Both the position numbers and the translations under genes were made by a program. A stretch of DNA of 63,734 nt, the filler included, from Kipferlia bialata (lineage: Eukaryota): the NCBI GenBank assembly GCA_003568945.1. It is 9 parts of 7 records of this genome, joined end to end, with 100 filler letters (N's around TTAATTAATTAA, not from the genome) between each part and the next. Parts side by side here need not be neighbours in the genome. Positions count along the whole stretch, not along the records: positions 48,245 to 59,277 come from BDIP01001308.1; positions 59,378 to 63,734 come from BDIP01001324.1; 7 more parts are not named here. One strand, written 5' to 3'. Within the stretch, counting starts at the first letter, position 1. The number at the start of each line of letters is the position of its first letter. The notes beneath the pieces are model-generated. The model saw nothing but the letters and a program-made list of their open reading frames with translations, searched no databases and was not told where the DNA came from. Of this stretch, positions 51,401 to 63,734 are shown in pieces.

Positions 51401-54400
51401 CAGGGGCAGGCCTCTTGGCACCACCTCAGTGGAGGGGGTCTGCTGGGGTGAGAGCGATACTGATACAATAGACACAGATACATATACGTGTGGCCCGCCT
51501 CCACACTTGGCAACGTATCCATGCCCCCACCTTGCATACACTGCGGTGCACCCTGGCTGTGCTGGTGGTCTTGCCATACACAATGGCCTCCCCCTCACTG
51601 GCCTCCCCCCTCTCTCTTTGGATCAGGGCCTTGGGGGAGTGGGGAGGGAGGGCGGGCATGTGCTCCTGGTACCGCAGGATGGCCTAGGGTGAGAGAGGAC
51701 AGACACACCATAATATCCATCATCACCAGGGTGATGCCACTGGTGGCAATGAATACCCTACCAGCTGCACATAGAGAGTCCCGACCCACCTTCGACAGCT
51801 CCAGCTGCCCCTGCTGTGCCTCCTGCAGCTGCTGTCGGAGACTGGCCTCCACAGACGCAGTCTCCCTCTGGCGCTCCTTCTCTCTCTCCCTCTCATCCAC
51901 TAGGCCATCAATCTTGGCCTGCTATTAACATAGGATTAACAAAGAGAGAGAGAGCAACGACACTCCGAAGTCAAGTACATACAAATACTCTCAATGAGTC
52001 ATAAGTTGCCACACACGTCGAGTCCAGATACCTCGAGTCTGGCGAGTGTCTCTGCGATGCTCTGCCTCTGTGCGTAGTCTGAGTCCTCGATCTGACCCAC
52101 CGCAGCCAGCATTGCAGCATGCCTCTCGTGCTGCCTGTCCTGCTCGGAGGTCTGGTACACAACCATGTCGGTATCACCGTCAACCCTGACATGAGCTAGA
52201 GGGAAGGAGCATGCATATCACTCACCCATGCATCCTATAGACATTGGTACAGTCAGATATGATAAAGATGGACACACTTGAGGGGGGTACAGGATAGGCA
52301 GCGACTTCAGCATGCATGAACACATCCACACATACCCTGCGAGGAGCTTGTCTGTCTGGGCTATGACGTTGGACACCTGGGCGGACTCTGCCCTCTCTCT
52401 CTCGAGTACCTGCTGGACCAGAGACACGGGGTCAGCACCCACAGACACATCATGGCACCCACCCCTCCCAGAGAGAGAGGGGGCGGGGACAACAGGCACC
52501 ACTGCCTGGGGGGCAGCACCAGCATCAGCATCAGTACCACCAGCCCCAGGTGCTGACCCTGGGCTGGGGGGCATGTGCACATGGGACAGGTGGTGCATGG
52601 GGGTGGAGGGGGAGACTGGCGCACCGCTCCACTGACCAAGGGGGGCCGTCCTCTCACTGGGGGGTGCTCCATCCTTGTCCAGAAGACTGTCGCCCTCTCC
52701 CTCTCCCTCTCCCTCGGACGAGGACTCCGTGTACACCTGCGACATCCGCAGAGACCCCCCCTGGATGCCCCCACTGCTCTCTCTCTCTCTCCCTGTCTCT
52801 GTCTCTGCGGTCTGGGGCAGTCTCATGGCCTCGGGAATGGCATCGCCTGCCCTGATCCCCAGGCCCCTGGGTAGGGAGGGAGGGGTGGGTATGACGGGGA
52901 CACCGGACAGACTGACTGGGTCTGGCAGAGATCCACTAGTAACAGACCCACTGACAACAGAGGCCATAGGCACCACACCCTGCACACCCTGCACACCCTG
53001 CACAGCCGGGAGAGCCGGGACAGCAGACACCACCCCGCCCTGGGCCATACCTGGGAGACCCATACCCATCCCGAGGCCTAGGACAGGGGAGCCCTCACTG
53101 ACGAGGAGGGCGGGGTCAAGGGCACGGCTCTCACTGGCCAGCGCAGCCAGTCTCTCTGCCTCCATGTACTGCATCCCCTCTGCCGCCTCTCTCTCTGCTA
53201 TCCTCTGTGCCTCCTCCCTCCTCTCCCTCTCCATCTGGGCCAAGGCCTCTAGCTCTCTCAGCCTCTCTCTCTCTCGCTCCTCCTCCTCTGCCAGTATTCT
53301 CTCTCTCTCCCTCTCCCTCTCTCTCTCCTCCTCCTCTGCCAGTGACCCTGACACACCAGACCCACCCACACCGGTCAGACCCTCAGTCGTCGTGCCCTCC
53401 GGCACCACCAGCCACTCCTCCTGACACGTCAGTATCACTATCAGTATCAGCGTCAGTATCAGCGTCAGTGACGTCAGCAGTATAGCCACTCCCAATAACA
53501 AAGGGATCCTACACAAACACAAAGTATGATTGTCCAAAGCACCACCTGTACCACCACCCCCGTACCTTCCCCACTCTAATGCGGTCACCTACCCCTAGAG
53601 GCAACGGGCACCCGTGCTTACACCTGGCCCCATTGAGAAAGGTACCCTTCTTGCCTAGGGGTTAGGGATTGCAGTGCCATAATTGGTATGAGAGAGCGTG
53701 GGAGGGTGGGGGGAGGGTGGAGTCTTCCAGTTGTACACACGGCACAACATGGGGTAGATATGTGTGTATGTATTGGGGAGGAACCCTCCACACCCATGCA
53801 GCCACACTGTATGTCTGGCAAGATACCTACAAGGTCCTCTAACACCAGGCTCTGCAGCGGTTCATCCCAAGACACCTTGCAGTGCGTCCTAGGGTTGGAT
53901 AACAGATACTGATACTGCTACTGGGTTGGATAACAGAAGGAGGGGGGATGAGAAGTGTCACTTCAATGCGGAGGACTGAGTCAATACCATGGCTAACACT
54001 GGCTCAATATCGAAGACAGAGGACACTACCTGGACACAGTGGTCTCATCCACAAAGATGTCCACAGTCTCCCGCCCCTTCCCTGGCCGCTGTGTTTTGCG
54101 GTCCCTCTTCCCACGGCCAAACACACACTGGGGTGAGTATCAGAATTGGTACCGGTACCGGTACTAACATTGAAGTGAAGACAGAGCCAGGCCCCATATC
54201 CCAGATACCTTGTTGGGAAAGTGCCTAATCTCCGCCAGCCGCAGGGTGCCTTCCACATCTGTGGACTCGGGAGAGTCTATGCGGGCCAGGTGGATGTGCA
54301 TGACACCTACACCCCCAGAGTCAGACATCTATCTATGTCAGTGGGAGTGGCTGCCACAAGGATTCCTAGCGCCCTATGACTCTCTGAGGTGAGTAGAGGT

Positions 54401-54542
54401 GAACTAATGGTAGATACACAACTTGATGTCCAGTATAGACGGGAACTGGGTATGAGGGGAAAGGTCAACACGAAACTACATGACATACTCCTTGTCTAAT
54501 CCTGAGCTCAATGAATGCCTACTCAACACAAGAAACTCCCAT
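48407..54542 (-). CDS. Large multi-exon protein with N-terminal FHA domain and long low-complexity/coiled-coil middle; 3' end uncertain
   Basis: Exons CVFGRGKR...VDIFVDETTVSR|THCKVSWD...LVLEDL carry the FHA G-R and SxxH signature. A large exon (~52336-53420) has an E/R coil. Further in-phase exons run to ~48410. It could be more than one gene. Confidence 0.55.
49253..50373. repeat. 13-bp tandem repeat (GGGTGAGGATGRA)n on both sides of the gap, within one intron
   Basis: Units are visible at 49255-49305 and 50306-50373, flanking the N gap. Confidence 0.85.
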
Positions 54543-54891
54543 TATCTCAGGTATCTCACCTTCACTTAATCAGTCTATAGAGGTGCCTGTATGAATTCCA
54601 CAAGAGTGCATCAGCACTGCACAAGCAAAACCCTTAGTCTAAGGCGTTAGAAGATTTTTGAGCAATGTATTCAGAAATTGGGCCAATTTTCAAATTGCTA
54701 CTTGGCTACTTTGCCTAGTAAGTTCGAGTATTATGCACTAAAGTGCATTTCTGTTAAAAATGCAAATGTATTTGAAAATTGGATAACTGTCTCTTACCTT
54801 CTTACCAGGGTTGGGCCAGTTACCAAACCAGAGCTAGGTCAGGCCAACACACGGAGAGGATCCTCGCTTGCTAAGACCTGCTGAGCTTTCG

Positions 54892-57380
54892 ATGCAGAAA
54901 GGGAGGCAACAGAAGGAGGGAGGTACCAGCAGTGAGCAGTCTGGCTATCAGTGTATATATATGATGATAGTATATATCCCTAGAGATCATCCCTCTGATG
55001 CCAGCCATGCAGAGCATCCCTCTAAATGCCCTGGCTACCCCCAAGGGACATCGCTATCTGTGCGACATCTGTGGTGGCATATCCACAGTCATGTGCCCTC
55101 TGTGCAGGTATGGGATAGTAGTATTCTAGTGAATATTGTATATATATAGTGAATGTCTCTGCATCTGATCACCCTCCCTTTGTTCTTGCATCTTAGGTAT
55201 TGTGGGGAATCAGTCTTAGACTTGCTTGTCTTCACTATCCTATACATAACAGTGTCTGTTGGATGTCCCTCTCTTACGAACAGGTCCAGCTACTGCTGCC
55301 AGGAGCACTACGAGCTGGATGTCCTGGCTGTCCACCCCTCCATATGTGACACCCTTGCAGAGCTAAGGTGGGATGCTGGTTGCATGTGTGCGTCGCACTC
55401 TTGTGCCGTCCTCTCCTCCATATACCTCTTTATACCTCTTTTGACTCTCCATGTGTATATATATTTATGTTGAGTATTGTGACGTCTCTGGCACTCTGAG
55501 GACACTCCGTTACTCCTAACTGACAGGGGTGTTACTGTTGGTGTCAGATACTTGGCTGTATTAAATCACTATGTATGTACTTGCCCCTGATTAAGTATAT
55601 ATTTGTATATATATTTTGTGGTTGCCTCTGACTATCAGAAAGATCAGCGCCTCCCCCCCTCACTCTGAGAAGGATAGGGAGACACAGGATGCATACAGGC
55701 GGTACGTATACATGGCTATATATACGTACGGTGGGGTCTCCACTCCCGTGTCTCTTGCTCTCGCTCTCTCTCTCCCTGTGCCAACCCCAGCAACCTGCGT
55801 GAGAGCATCATGACTGTGGCCGAGAGGGCTGCCCTGGAGCACCTGGACGGGGGCAAGGAGAGGGCATCCACAGGTATATATGCATACATACACTAATATA
55901 TGGTGTAAGAGTGCATATATATGGTATATGGACAAGGGGAGGGCGTGGTGTAGGATATATTATATACATGTATAGATGGGCGCGGTATGGGTTGATATAG
56001 TATGTATGTACTGATATTTATCAGGCTTCGGCAGGTTGTTCACTTCTCCGCTCTCCTTGAAAGTATGTGTTCGTATGCAATGGCTGTGGGTGTGGGTATA
56101 CATGGGGACAATAGGGAGAGCCTCCAGAATGTTAAGGCGGTTATTCTGGTACCCTCTGTATACCTATAGTCTCTCACCCCCAGCTATGGTAGCTGCCCTA
56201 AGGTGTCTGAGGTTTGCGGCTGTGTCCTTCCCTGATGAGCCTCTGGCCAGTGTGAGGCCCCTCTTCCTGTTGAGTGAGGCAGCGCTACAGGTGGGGGCAG
56301 GGCTGGTGGAGAGTGGTCATGTGATGTACATATGTGATATGTATGATATATATGATATATATGATATACTACAGGTGGGGGCAGGACAGGTGGAGGGGTG
56401 TATTGAATATGATCATTGGGCAGGGCTGAATGTGGGAGATGATGCTTGTATATCTACCACCTTGTAGTTGGATAGTCAAGGATGGGTGTTGATACTTGTG
56501 TGCTCCCCGTGTTAGTAACCACACTGTATACCAACCCCTCACGCTAGGCCAATGACTTCACATCCGTGCACAAGTATGTCCTGAGTGCCAGGAGACTGTT
56601 GCAGGTGGGATGCGTGGATATATGTGATTGTTAGTTACATTTATATATGAAGGACACATACGATAGTGGGACTTGTTGTTTAGAGTCTATACACCATTGT
56701 GCATCCAGGACACCTGCTTTATGTCTAATCTATATCTATATATTTATATATCTATCCGTATATATATATATATTTCTAACACCCCAGGTTGAGAGAGAAA
56801 GAGTTGGGGATTTCTTGGTGGGTATTGTCCACGACATTCCTAGGTATGCAACTATTAGTATATTTATATACACATGCATTTCTGTGTTCATGGCGCCTGT
56901 GAATACCTTTTCGCATACCCTTGTGTCACTATTTGACCCCCTCCGCCTCCCCCTTCCTCACCCCTTCAGAACTAGGGACCTCGCAGAGCTGTGGGCCGAT
57001 CTCCACCTCCTGCTCGGCAGGTATGGTGTATATGTATAATTGTACATATTGTAGTAGTTAATTAGTGTCCTCTTCCCTCTCCACCTCTTGCTCGGCATTG
57101 GTACACTCTCTCTCTCTCTCCCTCTTGGGTTCTTGGATCAGATGTGTTTGAGGTCTCGTTGCTGGCAGTAGAGACGCTATTTGTAGCCAACTTGAGCTGT
57201 TGCCCCCCCCCCCCCCTACACCCTTATTGTCAGGGCTGCCCATGTACAAGGCAAGGCCTCCCTGGATTCCATCAACAAGGACTTCTCTCTGGCTGCGGTA
57301 CGACCTCTCTCTGTAGTTGAACCTTTAGCGTAGCAATTGAAACCCTTCTACAGCTTCCACTGACCCTAGTGTGTGATTGG

Positions 57381-57411
<31 letters not shown>

Positions 57412-58804
57412 AGTGTATGGCCCGTGTATTACTCCGGTGCATCAGTATACATGTATACATACGTAGGTATACATGTGCTCCTGACTGTCTGACCCAGTAC
57501 TGCTCTCTTTTGATATTAGTGTATATATGTATACATGTGTGTGTCATATACATTGTAAACATATGGATACCTCTTGCTCTCTGACCCAGTACTACTCCTC
57601 CCTGTCCCAGGGTGTGGAGTCACTGCAGTACGGGCACTGTCTGTACTGGACGGGTATGCTGTATGCAGACATGGGGGACACAGAGACAGCTAGGTGGGTG
57701 GATATCAAAATATACATGTATGGATGAGTATATATATAGACAGAGACAGAGACAGAGACATGGGGGACACAGAGACAGCAAGGTGGGTATAGGGTGAATA
57801 TAGTGAAGTATAGTTGAACCTGCCTCACTGACACCTCATACGAACATATATATATATATAGACAACTGACCCCAGGCGCTACTTTGGCCAGGTTGTGTCG
57901 GTGTGGGCCAAGAACTGTTGGTTCCTGATCGACAACCCCTCCATGCAGAGTGACCCCCTGCTCTAGTGCGTAGCTGCTGTCACTATGTACAATCTATGTC
58001 TATTGTGTCACTCGGTTGTCTTTGTAATCAGAGTATCTGAGTCTCAGTGATGCATATGCCCTCCCCCCCCCCCCATCTGACCCCTCAGTCATGACAATGT
58101 GGTACCCACCCTTGTACAGTGGTACGGGGAGCACCTGCCTAGCCACATGGACCACCAGAGGATACGGTACGGCACCCCATCCCATACACATATAGGGTCT
58201 ACACCTCTAGGGTCTACACATATATGGCCCCCTGTCTACACTAGCAAATACTGGTACACATCCTCTGGAGAGAGCAGCCGGGTGTGTTGTTCAGGGTCTC
58301 TTGTGAACCATGCATCAGTGTATATGTACCTCACCCCTAGCTTCGTGTCTTCCTGTGTGTTTGCCATCCTCGGTCGGTTTGACGAGGCCATCCAGGTCAT
58401 AGGGCAGGTGTGGTAGTGTATGCACATGACGTTGCAGAGACATTTGGTAGTTATAGAGTACAAGTGTATATGTGTGTATATATATAAGTGTTGGGCAGTC
58501 GGGTACTTTCCCTCATTGGACATAGTATGTACTGTTATAGTGCTATCTGCAGGCTGCTGGTCGTAGATGCAGAAACGTGACGCTGTCTCCGTATACGTAT
58601 GCTATGGACAGTTTTGATATGACACCCTCCCCCCAATTTCCTCTCCCCCTCACCGTGTAGGTTGGCGTTGCCCTGGCTGATAGGGAGGCGGCCTTACAGG
58701 CAGCGGGGCCTGGGTCAGCGATGAGTGACACCGACCCTGAGGAGCTGAGGGTGCTCACAGCCAGGATGGACATGCTCAGGGAGATGATAAACAACGCGAA
58801 TTAG
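54892..58804 (+). CDS. ZMYND12: ZMYND12 (flagellar p38-like MYND zinc finger/TPR-like protein), multi-exon
   Basis: NALATPKGHRYLCDICGG..CPLC|SSYCCQEHYELD..HPSICDTLAELR, PPHSEKDR, VAALRCLRF..PLFLLSEAAL and YYSSLSQG..YWTGMLY match recalled ZMYND12 (PLAVPKGRRLCCEVC; NSEEER; PAALQSLRF; AYLLLAEASL). TAG 58802-58804; start may be 54892 or 54998. Confidence 0.85.
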
Positions 58805-59377
58805 AGACAATCCGTGGTTGGAAGGGTGTCAACGGATGGGCACTGTTTGTAGTGTATTATGATTTGGTGTGGAATGCTGGACTCTAGTAAATATGAGTAA
58901 TCAGGTTTTGTAATGGAGCGTGTGCACCAGGAATCCGGGAATTGTGGTGCACCAGCACCCCTGCACCCTTTTGTCCCATTCACACTATCACACCATTCAT
59001 GACGTCTCTCTACTCTAGTCTAGACCCATATACCAGGACCCCTGCTTCACTCAGTGGTCGTCAAGGTGTGTGTTGTCTACTCTCTCTGTGCCATTTACAC
59101 ACACCATCCTCTCTCTCTATCCCTCTCTCTCTCTCCCCCCCCCCCCCCCCTCTCTCCTCTATCCACCCCCCTCCCCCCACCACCACAGCCTTGGGGTGGC
59201 CATTGCTCAGCCCGTTAGTCCAACGAACGGGAACAAACGTCAGAAGCGTTTCACACCGTCTTAGGGCAAATCGCCTTNNNNNNNNNNNNNNNNNNNNNNN
59301 NNNNNNNNNNNNNNNNNNNNNTTAATTAATTAANNNNNNNNNNNNNNNNNNNNNNNNNNNNNNNNNNNNNNNNNNNN

Positions 59378-59426
<49 letters not shown>

Positions 59427-59499
59427 ATATGTATAGAAATGAATTTGTAGTTATCGAGCACATACATACATATATATATAAGAGAACACAGGATAAGAC

Positions 59500-59881
59500 A
59501 GAGGGCTGGACTTGACCAGGATCTAGGGATGGTTGGGGAAGGGGAATGGGGGGATATGCAGAGGTATACTACATGTGCTACACGGATTTGGTGAATGTCT
59601 ATATATATGACTACACTGATCCCTATACAATGACCCAAGGCCACAAGACACTACAGTACACACATCACATCCATCACACTTCAACGTACGCATACACATG
59701 TAACTGGCACTGTCTATACAGTGGATATCCCTATACACACTATAAACACGATGATGCCCAACCAACCGTATTGACAGGAACACAGACTGATACACACTAC
59801 ACAGCATCACACATAGAATACAGCCACAAACACACCCACCTTGAACGTCCCCATGTCCACCTTAGACTGACTGCTTCCCAT
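59500..59881 (-). CDS. 5' exons of a putatively N-myristoylated protein (NCS-1/calcineurin-B-like start), truncated by contig end
   Basis: Exon 59881-59840 MGSSQSKVDMGTFK|GTGGGT, then CCCTAG|ILVKSSP. MGxxxS motif present; family is a guess. Confidence 0.45.
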
Positions 59882-60321
59882 CTTGGTGTGTTGGAAGCTG
59901 TTGTGTGAAGAGGTAGCTCAATCTCTGTTCATGTGATTACCTGAATCCTAAACCCTTTTGGCAAAAAGTGCTACACGATTTCTATCACTTTGGTGGTCAG
60001 AGGCCTTAATATCATGCATGTATATCATGTATATAGGGCCTCGTATGCGCTACTATCTCCAGGGAGGAAGTACCTGGACATGTTGCGACTCGTATACTGC
60101 CTCCAAGACCCGATATCTCTGGGTGTGTTCTTTGTTTGTACATATACCCATTCACTCTATGTGGTCTATTGTGTGTATACCCCCTCACTCAATGAGGAAT
60201 ACACAGAGTTTCTCCCGTCTCTCTCTACATGAGGTCTAAGAGGTCCATCGCCCTCACTCTATCATGTCCACCCCCCTCTGCTGTGGGCCATGACATGAAG
60301 TGTACAGCATATGCTCTCTCC

Positions 60322-62078
60322 CTACTCTATCATGTCTATCCCCTTGTGGTGCTGGTGTCTGAGTGTGTCCCCCAGGGCCCTGGCCTGACTGGCCCAGCCC
60401 CGAAGCTTGGCGGCCATGGCGAGGACCTGGGAATGAGAATGTATCAATATATATATCACGATGTAGTATATATAGACAATATATATATACTGATACTGGC
60501 CCACCCTCTCAGCTTGGCAGCCATGGCGAGGACCTAGGGGGTTAGTCTATAGTGTATGAATAATATTGTATATGAATATTATAGATGGAGAGACAACATC
60601 CCCGAAGCTTGGCGGCCATGGCGAGGACCTGGGGATGAGATTGTATCAATATATATATCACGATGTAAATAGACAATAGTCCCTCAGCTTGGCGGCCATG
60701 GCGAGGACCTACGTGGTTAGTCTATAGTGTATAAGAACACATATAGACAATGATACGAACATTGATACTTATAGTCTACACACCTGCTCCCTGGACATGG
60801 GGCTTGATGGATGCGAAACCAAGTACACATATATACATCATAAGTGTATGTATCATATGCATGTATGTACATACACACATCCCCTACCTGCTCCCTGGAC
60901 ATTACTCTTGGCTCTATGGATGTGACAGCCAGGGTCATGGCCACACCATCGATCATACCCTCAATCAGACCAAGCTCGAGGGCCCTGGGGGGTCAGTATG
61001 GTATATGTCAGAATATTATATCTCAGTATGGTATATCTCAGTATAGAAAATCTCTAGTATGGTATGTGACAGTATATGTATATCCCCTACCTCAGCACCG
61101 TGTGCACTGGCACTGTCTCAGACAGGGGCACACACCCCCTGTCAGAGGGGGGGAGGGCCTGGGGTAAGAAGGACACAAAGGTATCAATATATACATTTAG
61201 TATACATATACTCTTCACTTGTATACATATATATATATATAACACCCTCTGTCGGAGGGGGGAGGGTCTGGGGGTCAGGGTGCATATCCATTGATCTTCT
61301 CCATATATACATGTATAATGATACATCCAGTGTGGATAAGAGTGACAGCACAGCCATCCACTCACACTCCCTCCATACATATATGTATATATATATATGT
61401 ATGTATATGTGTTATCTTAGTACCTCCAGTGTGGACAGCAGGGACAGGACAGCCAGCTTCTCCGTGACTGCAGGTGATGCACACACTGCATCCCCATACA
61501 GTGCTGTGATGATGGGCACTGCCTGGGAGATGGAGGCAGAGTCCCCCTGGGTCAGCAGCGTGCACAGCTGGAGGGTCTGAGGCATGGCCTGGGGTCAATA
61601 TACATTAATACATATGGATATACATACACACATATATATATGTATATAAAGATAGATGAGGGGGGTGGGGGGGGCACAGCTCGAGGGTCTGAGGCATGGC
61701 CTGGGGTTAGTATGTATATACAAATATAAACATACACATATATATATATGTACATAAGAAGATAGAATGAGGGGGGGGGGGGGGCAGAGATCGAGTATCT
61801 CTGCGGTATGGCCTCGGGTCGGAATGAATAGTATTTTAGATATATATATAGGGAGAGAGAGAGACACGTGGCCTGAGGGTGGGAGTGAGTATATATACGC
61901 CATTGGTACTACACTCCTGAGTCCTAGTGTGAGCAGTGCCTGTATGCGTACAGATGCATGAGTCTCTCTTATATATACATGTATGCATATAGACCCTACA
62001 CATAATACATCCTCCCAATCCATACCTCTGTGAGGAGTGCCTGTATGGGTCCTTGGTATATATGTATATATACACTTA

Positions 62079-62110
<32 letters not shown>

Positions 62111-63669
62111 CATAACCTATGGGTAACACACATATACTTCTGTATACCTCTGTGAGGAGTGCCTGGATGGGTGGTGGGTAGAGAGAGAGGAACGACACTC
62201 TCTTGGGCATGCACAGTGCACACTGCAGGGCATAGGCAGACAGACGCACGATGCACTGCTTGTCAAAGGCAGTCACGCTCTGCCTATAGGTGAGGTATGG
62301 AGAGAGATAGAAGTGAGCAAAAAGATATATATCCATGGGAGTATAGGTAGGTGGGTGAATAGATGGTGAGTATGTATCGCAGAACGACCGGTAATACATG
62401 ACATTACCTATCTGTGAATGTAGCTGTGAACACCCCATACAGGTTGAGGTACTGGCTGTACAGACCCGGCACGCCCTGGGGTGAGGACATATATACAAAG
62501 TGTAATAGAATATGTGTCACTGATATACACAAACACCCCTATATACCTGGTGCTACATGAGTGCATCCATGTGTCCATTCTCAGTATGATATACATACAT
62601 ATATTATGAACACAATCCTCTCTCCCTATATATATACACCCACCTGATGTACCATCAGTGCCCCCATGTGACCCATCCTCAGGATGTCACTGTCCAGCTT
62701 GGGGACAATGTCCTGGGGTTGGAGTGGTATATAGTATATATGTACATACACACATATATATATATACATTGACAATAGATATATATGCTGAGTGTGTCAC
62801 TGTCCAGCTTAGGGAGAATGTCCTGGGGGGTCAGAGAGAGACAGACACATGTGTCGATACACATAGTCTCCTATATCTACCCACCTGCTTCATGAGCTCT
62901 GCCGTCTGTGCTGGCAATGTGACGTGTGTCTCCAGTATATATTACATGTATAATTAAAATACATACATATACCATATATGCCATACCTGCTTCATGAGCT
63001 CTGCTGTCTGTGCCGCCAGTGCCACGTGTGTCTCGAGTGATGCCTCTGTGGACATGGCACTGAACAGGAGGGACAGGGCCTGCTTGCCCCACTTGACAAG
63101 GGGGTCAGTCTCGGGCATGGCCTCTAAAAGTTAGAGTAAAAAGAGGTATGGATATATTAATAGAGAGAGAGAGAGAGAGAAACACTTGACAAGGGGGTCG
63201 GTCTCGGGCATGGCCTCTGAATATGAGATTAAGAATGTGAGAGGGGAAGAGAGAGAGAAGGAGGGGGGGGGGGAGTACTATACACATACCCACTATGGCC
63301 TTGACCTCGTCTGGCACAGTACAGACCCCTGTGACTGGGACCTCGGATATGTACGAGGTGCAGAGGTAGTACACAACGTGCACAGCCTGGGAGTAAGGCC
63401 AGAACGTATGGAGTACAGTACTCACTATAGATGGGTGATTGTACAGGTGGTACACAATATGCTACGTCTGTGTGGATACAATACAATATCCAGCGTGCAG
63501 TGAATAGCACATGTATAATGTAGTTGTAGAATATATAGTATACCATACCTCATGGGGTGGCAGGTACTCGAGGTATATGCTGCATGTGTTGAACAGGGGT
63601 GTTAGGACAGCTGGGTCACACAGGGTGGAGAACACAGACAGCAGCTCGTGGCTGAACTGGTACCACAGC
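60322..63669 (-). CDS. PSMD13: 26S proteasome lid subunit RPN9/PSMD13, multi-exon, 5'-partial
   Basis: N-terminal LWYQFSHELL and C-terminal PCI ALELGLIEGMIDGV..VTSIEPRVMSREQ|VLAMAAKLRGW match RPN9 LWHQLT and KALSVGLVKGSIDEV..VQPRVLDLQQI..M..RL..W. TAG at 60322. Confidence 0.85.
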
Positions 63670-63693
63670 CTGGGGTTGGTGGTGTTGGCGGGG

Positions 63694-63730
<37 letters not shown>

Positions 63731-63734
63731 GAGA

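Noticed and set aside
52675..53424. 249-aa plus-strand ORF (also the overlapping ORFs at 42819-43272)
   Set aside because: Antisense or alternate-frame shadows of GC-rich exons.
1..63734. Transposons, tRNA, rRNA or snRNA genes
   Set aside because: No transposase or RT motifs, terminal repeats with target-site duplications, or recognisable RNA gene sequences seen by eye; a covariance-model search would be needed to exclude small RNAs.

Overview
Eukaryotic, intron-rich protist DNA. Nine unrelated contigs/scaffolds are joined by artificial N-TTAATTAATTAA-N linkers. The intron style, (GA)n/(TA)n microsatellites and expanded kelch-like family suggest the fornicate Kipferlia bialata (inference, not verified). 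Manual exon stitching supports a Ser/Thr kinase, HUS1-like clamp subunit, SPX + Pho87/90-type phosphate transporter, four kelch-like beta-propeller genes (two disrupted), SMYD-type SET protein, CTR9, DDX46/Prp5-like helicase, TPX2-like, GID8-like, V-ATPase subunit c, an FHA protein, ZMYND12 and RPN9/PSMD13; family calls are from recalled motifs, without database searches. The main unexplained structure is intronic 'exon echoes': serial partial copies (15-60 nt) of the adjacent exon end with its splice site, or in one case its stop codon. Donor-end copies lie downstream of the exon and acceptor-end copies upstream. Many echoes differ from the exon mostly at synonymous sites, so they resemble pieces of diverged alleles or translated alternative exons rather than decaying junk. 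An assembly artefact from mixed haplotypes has to be excluded.
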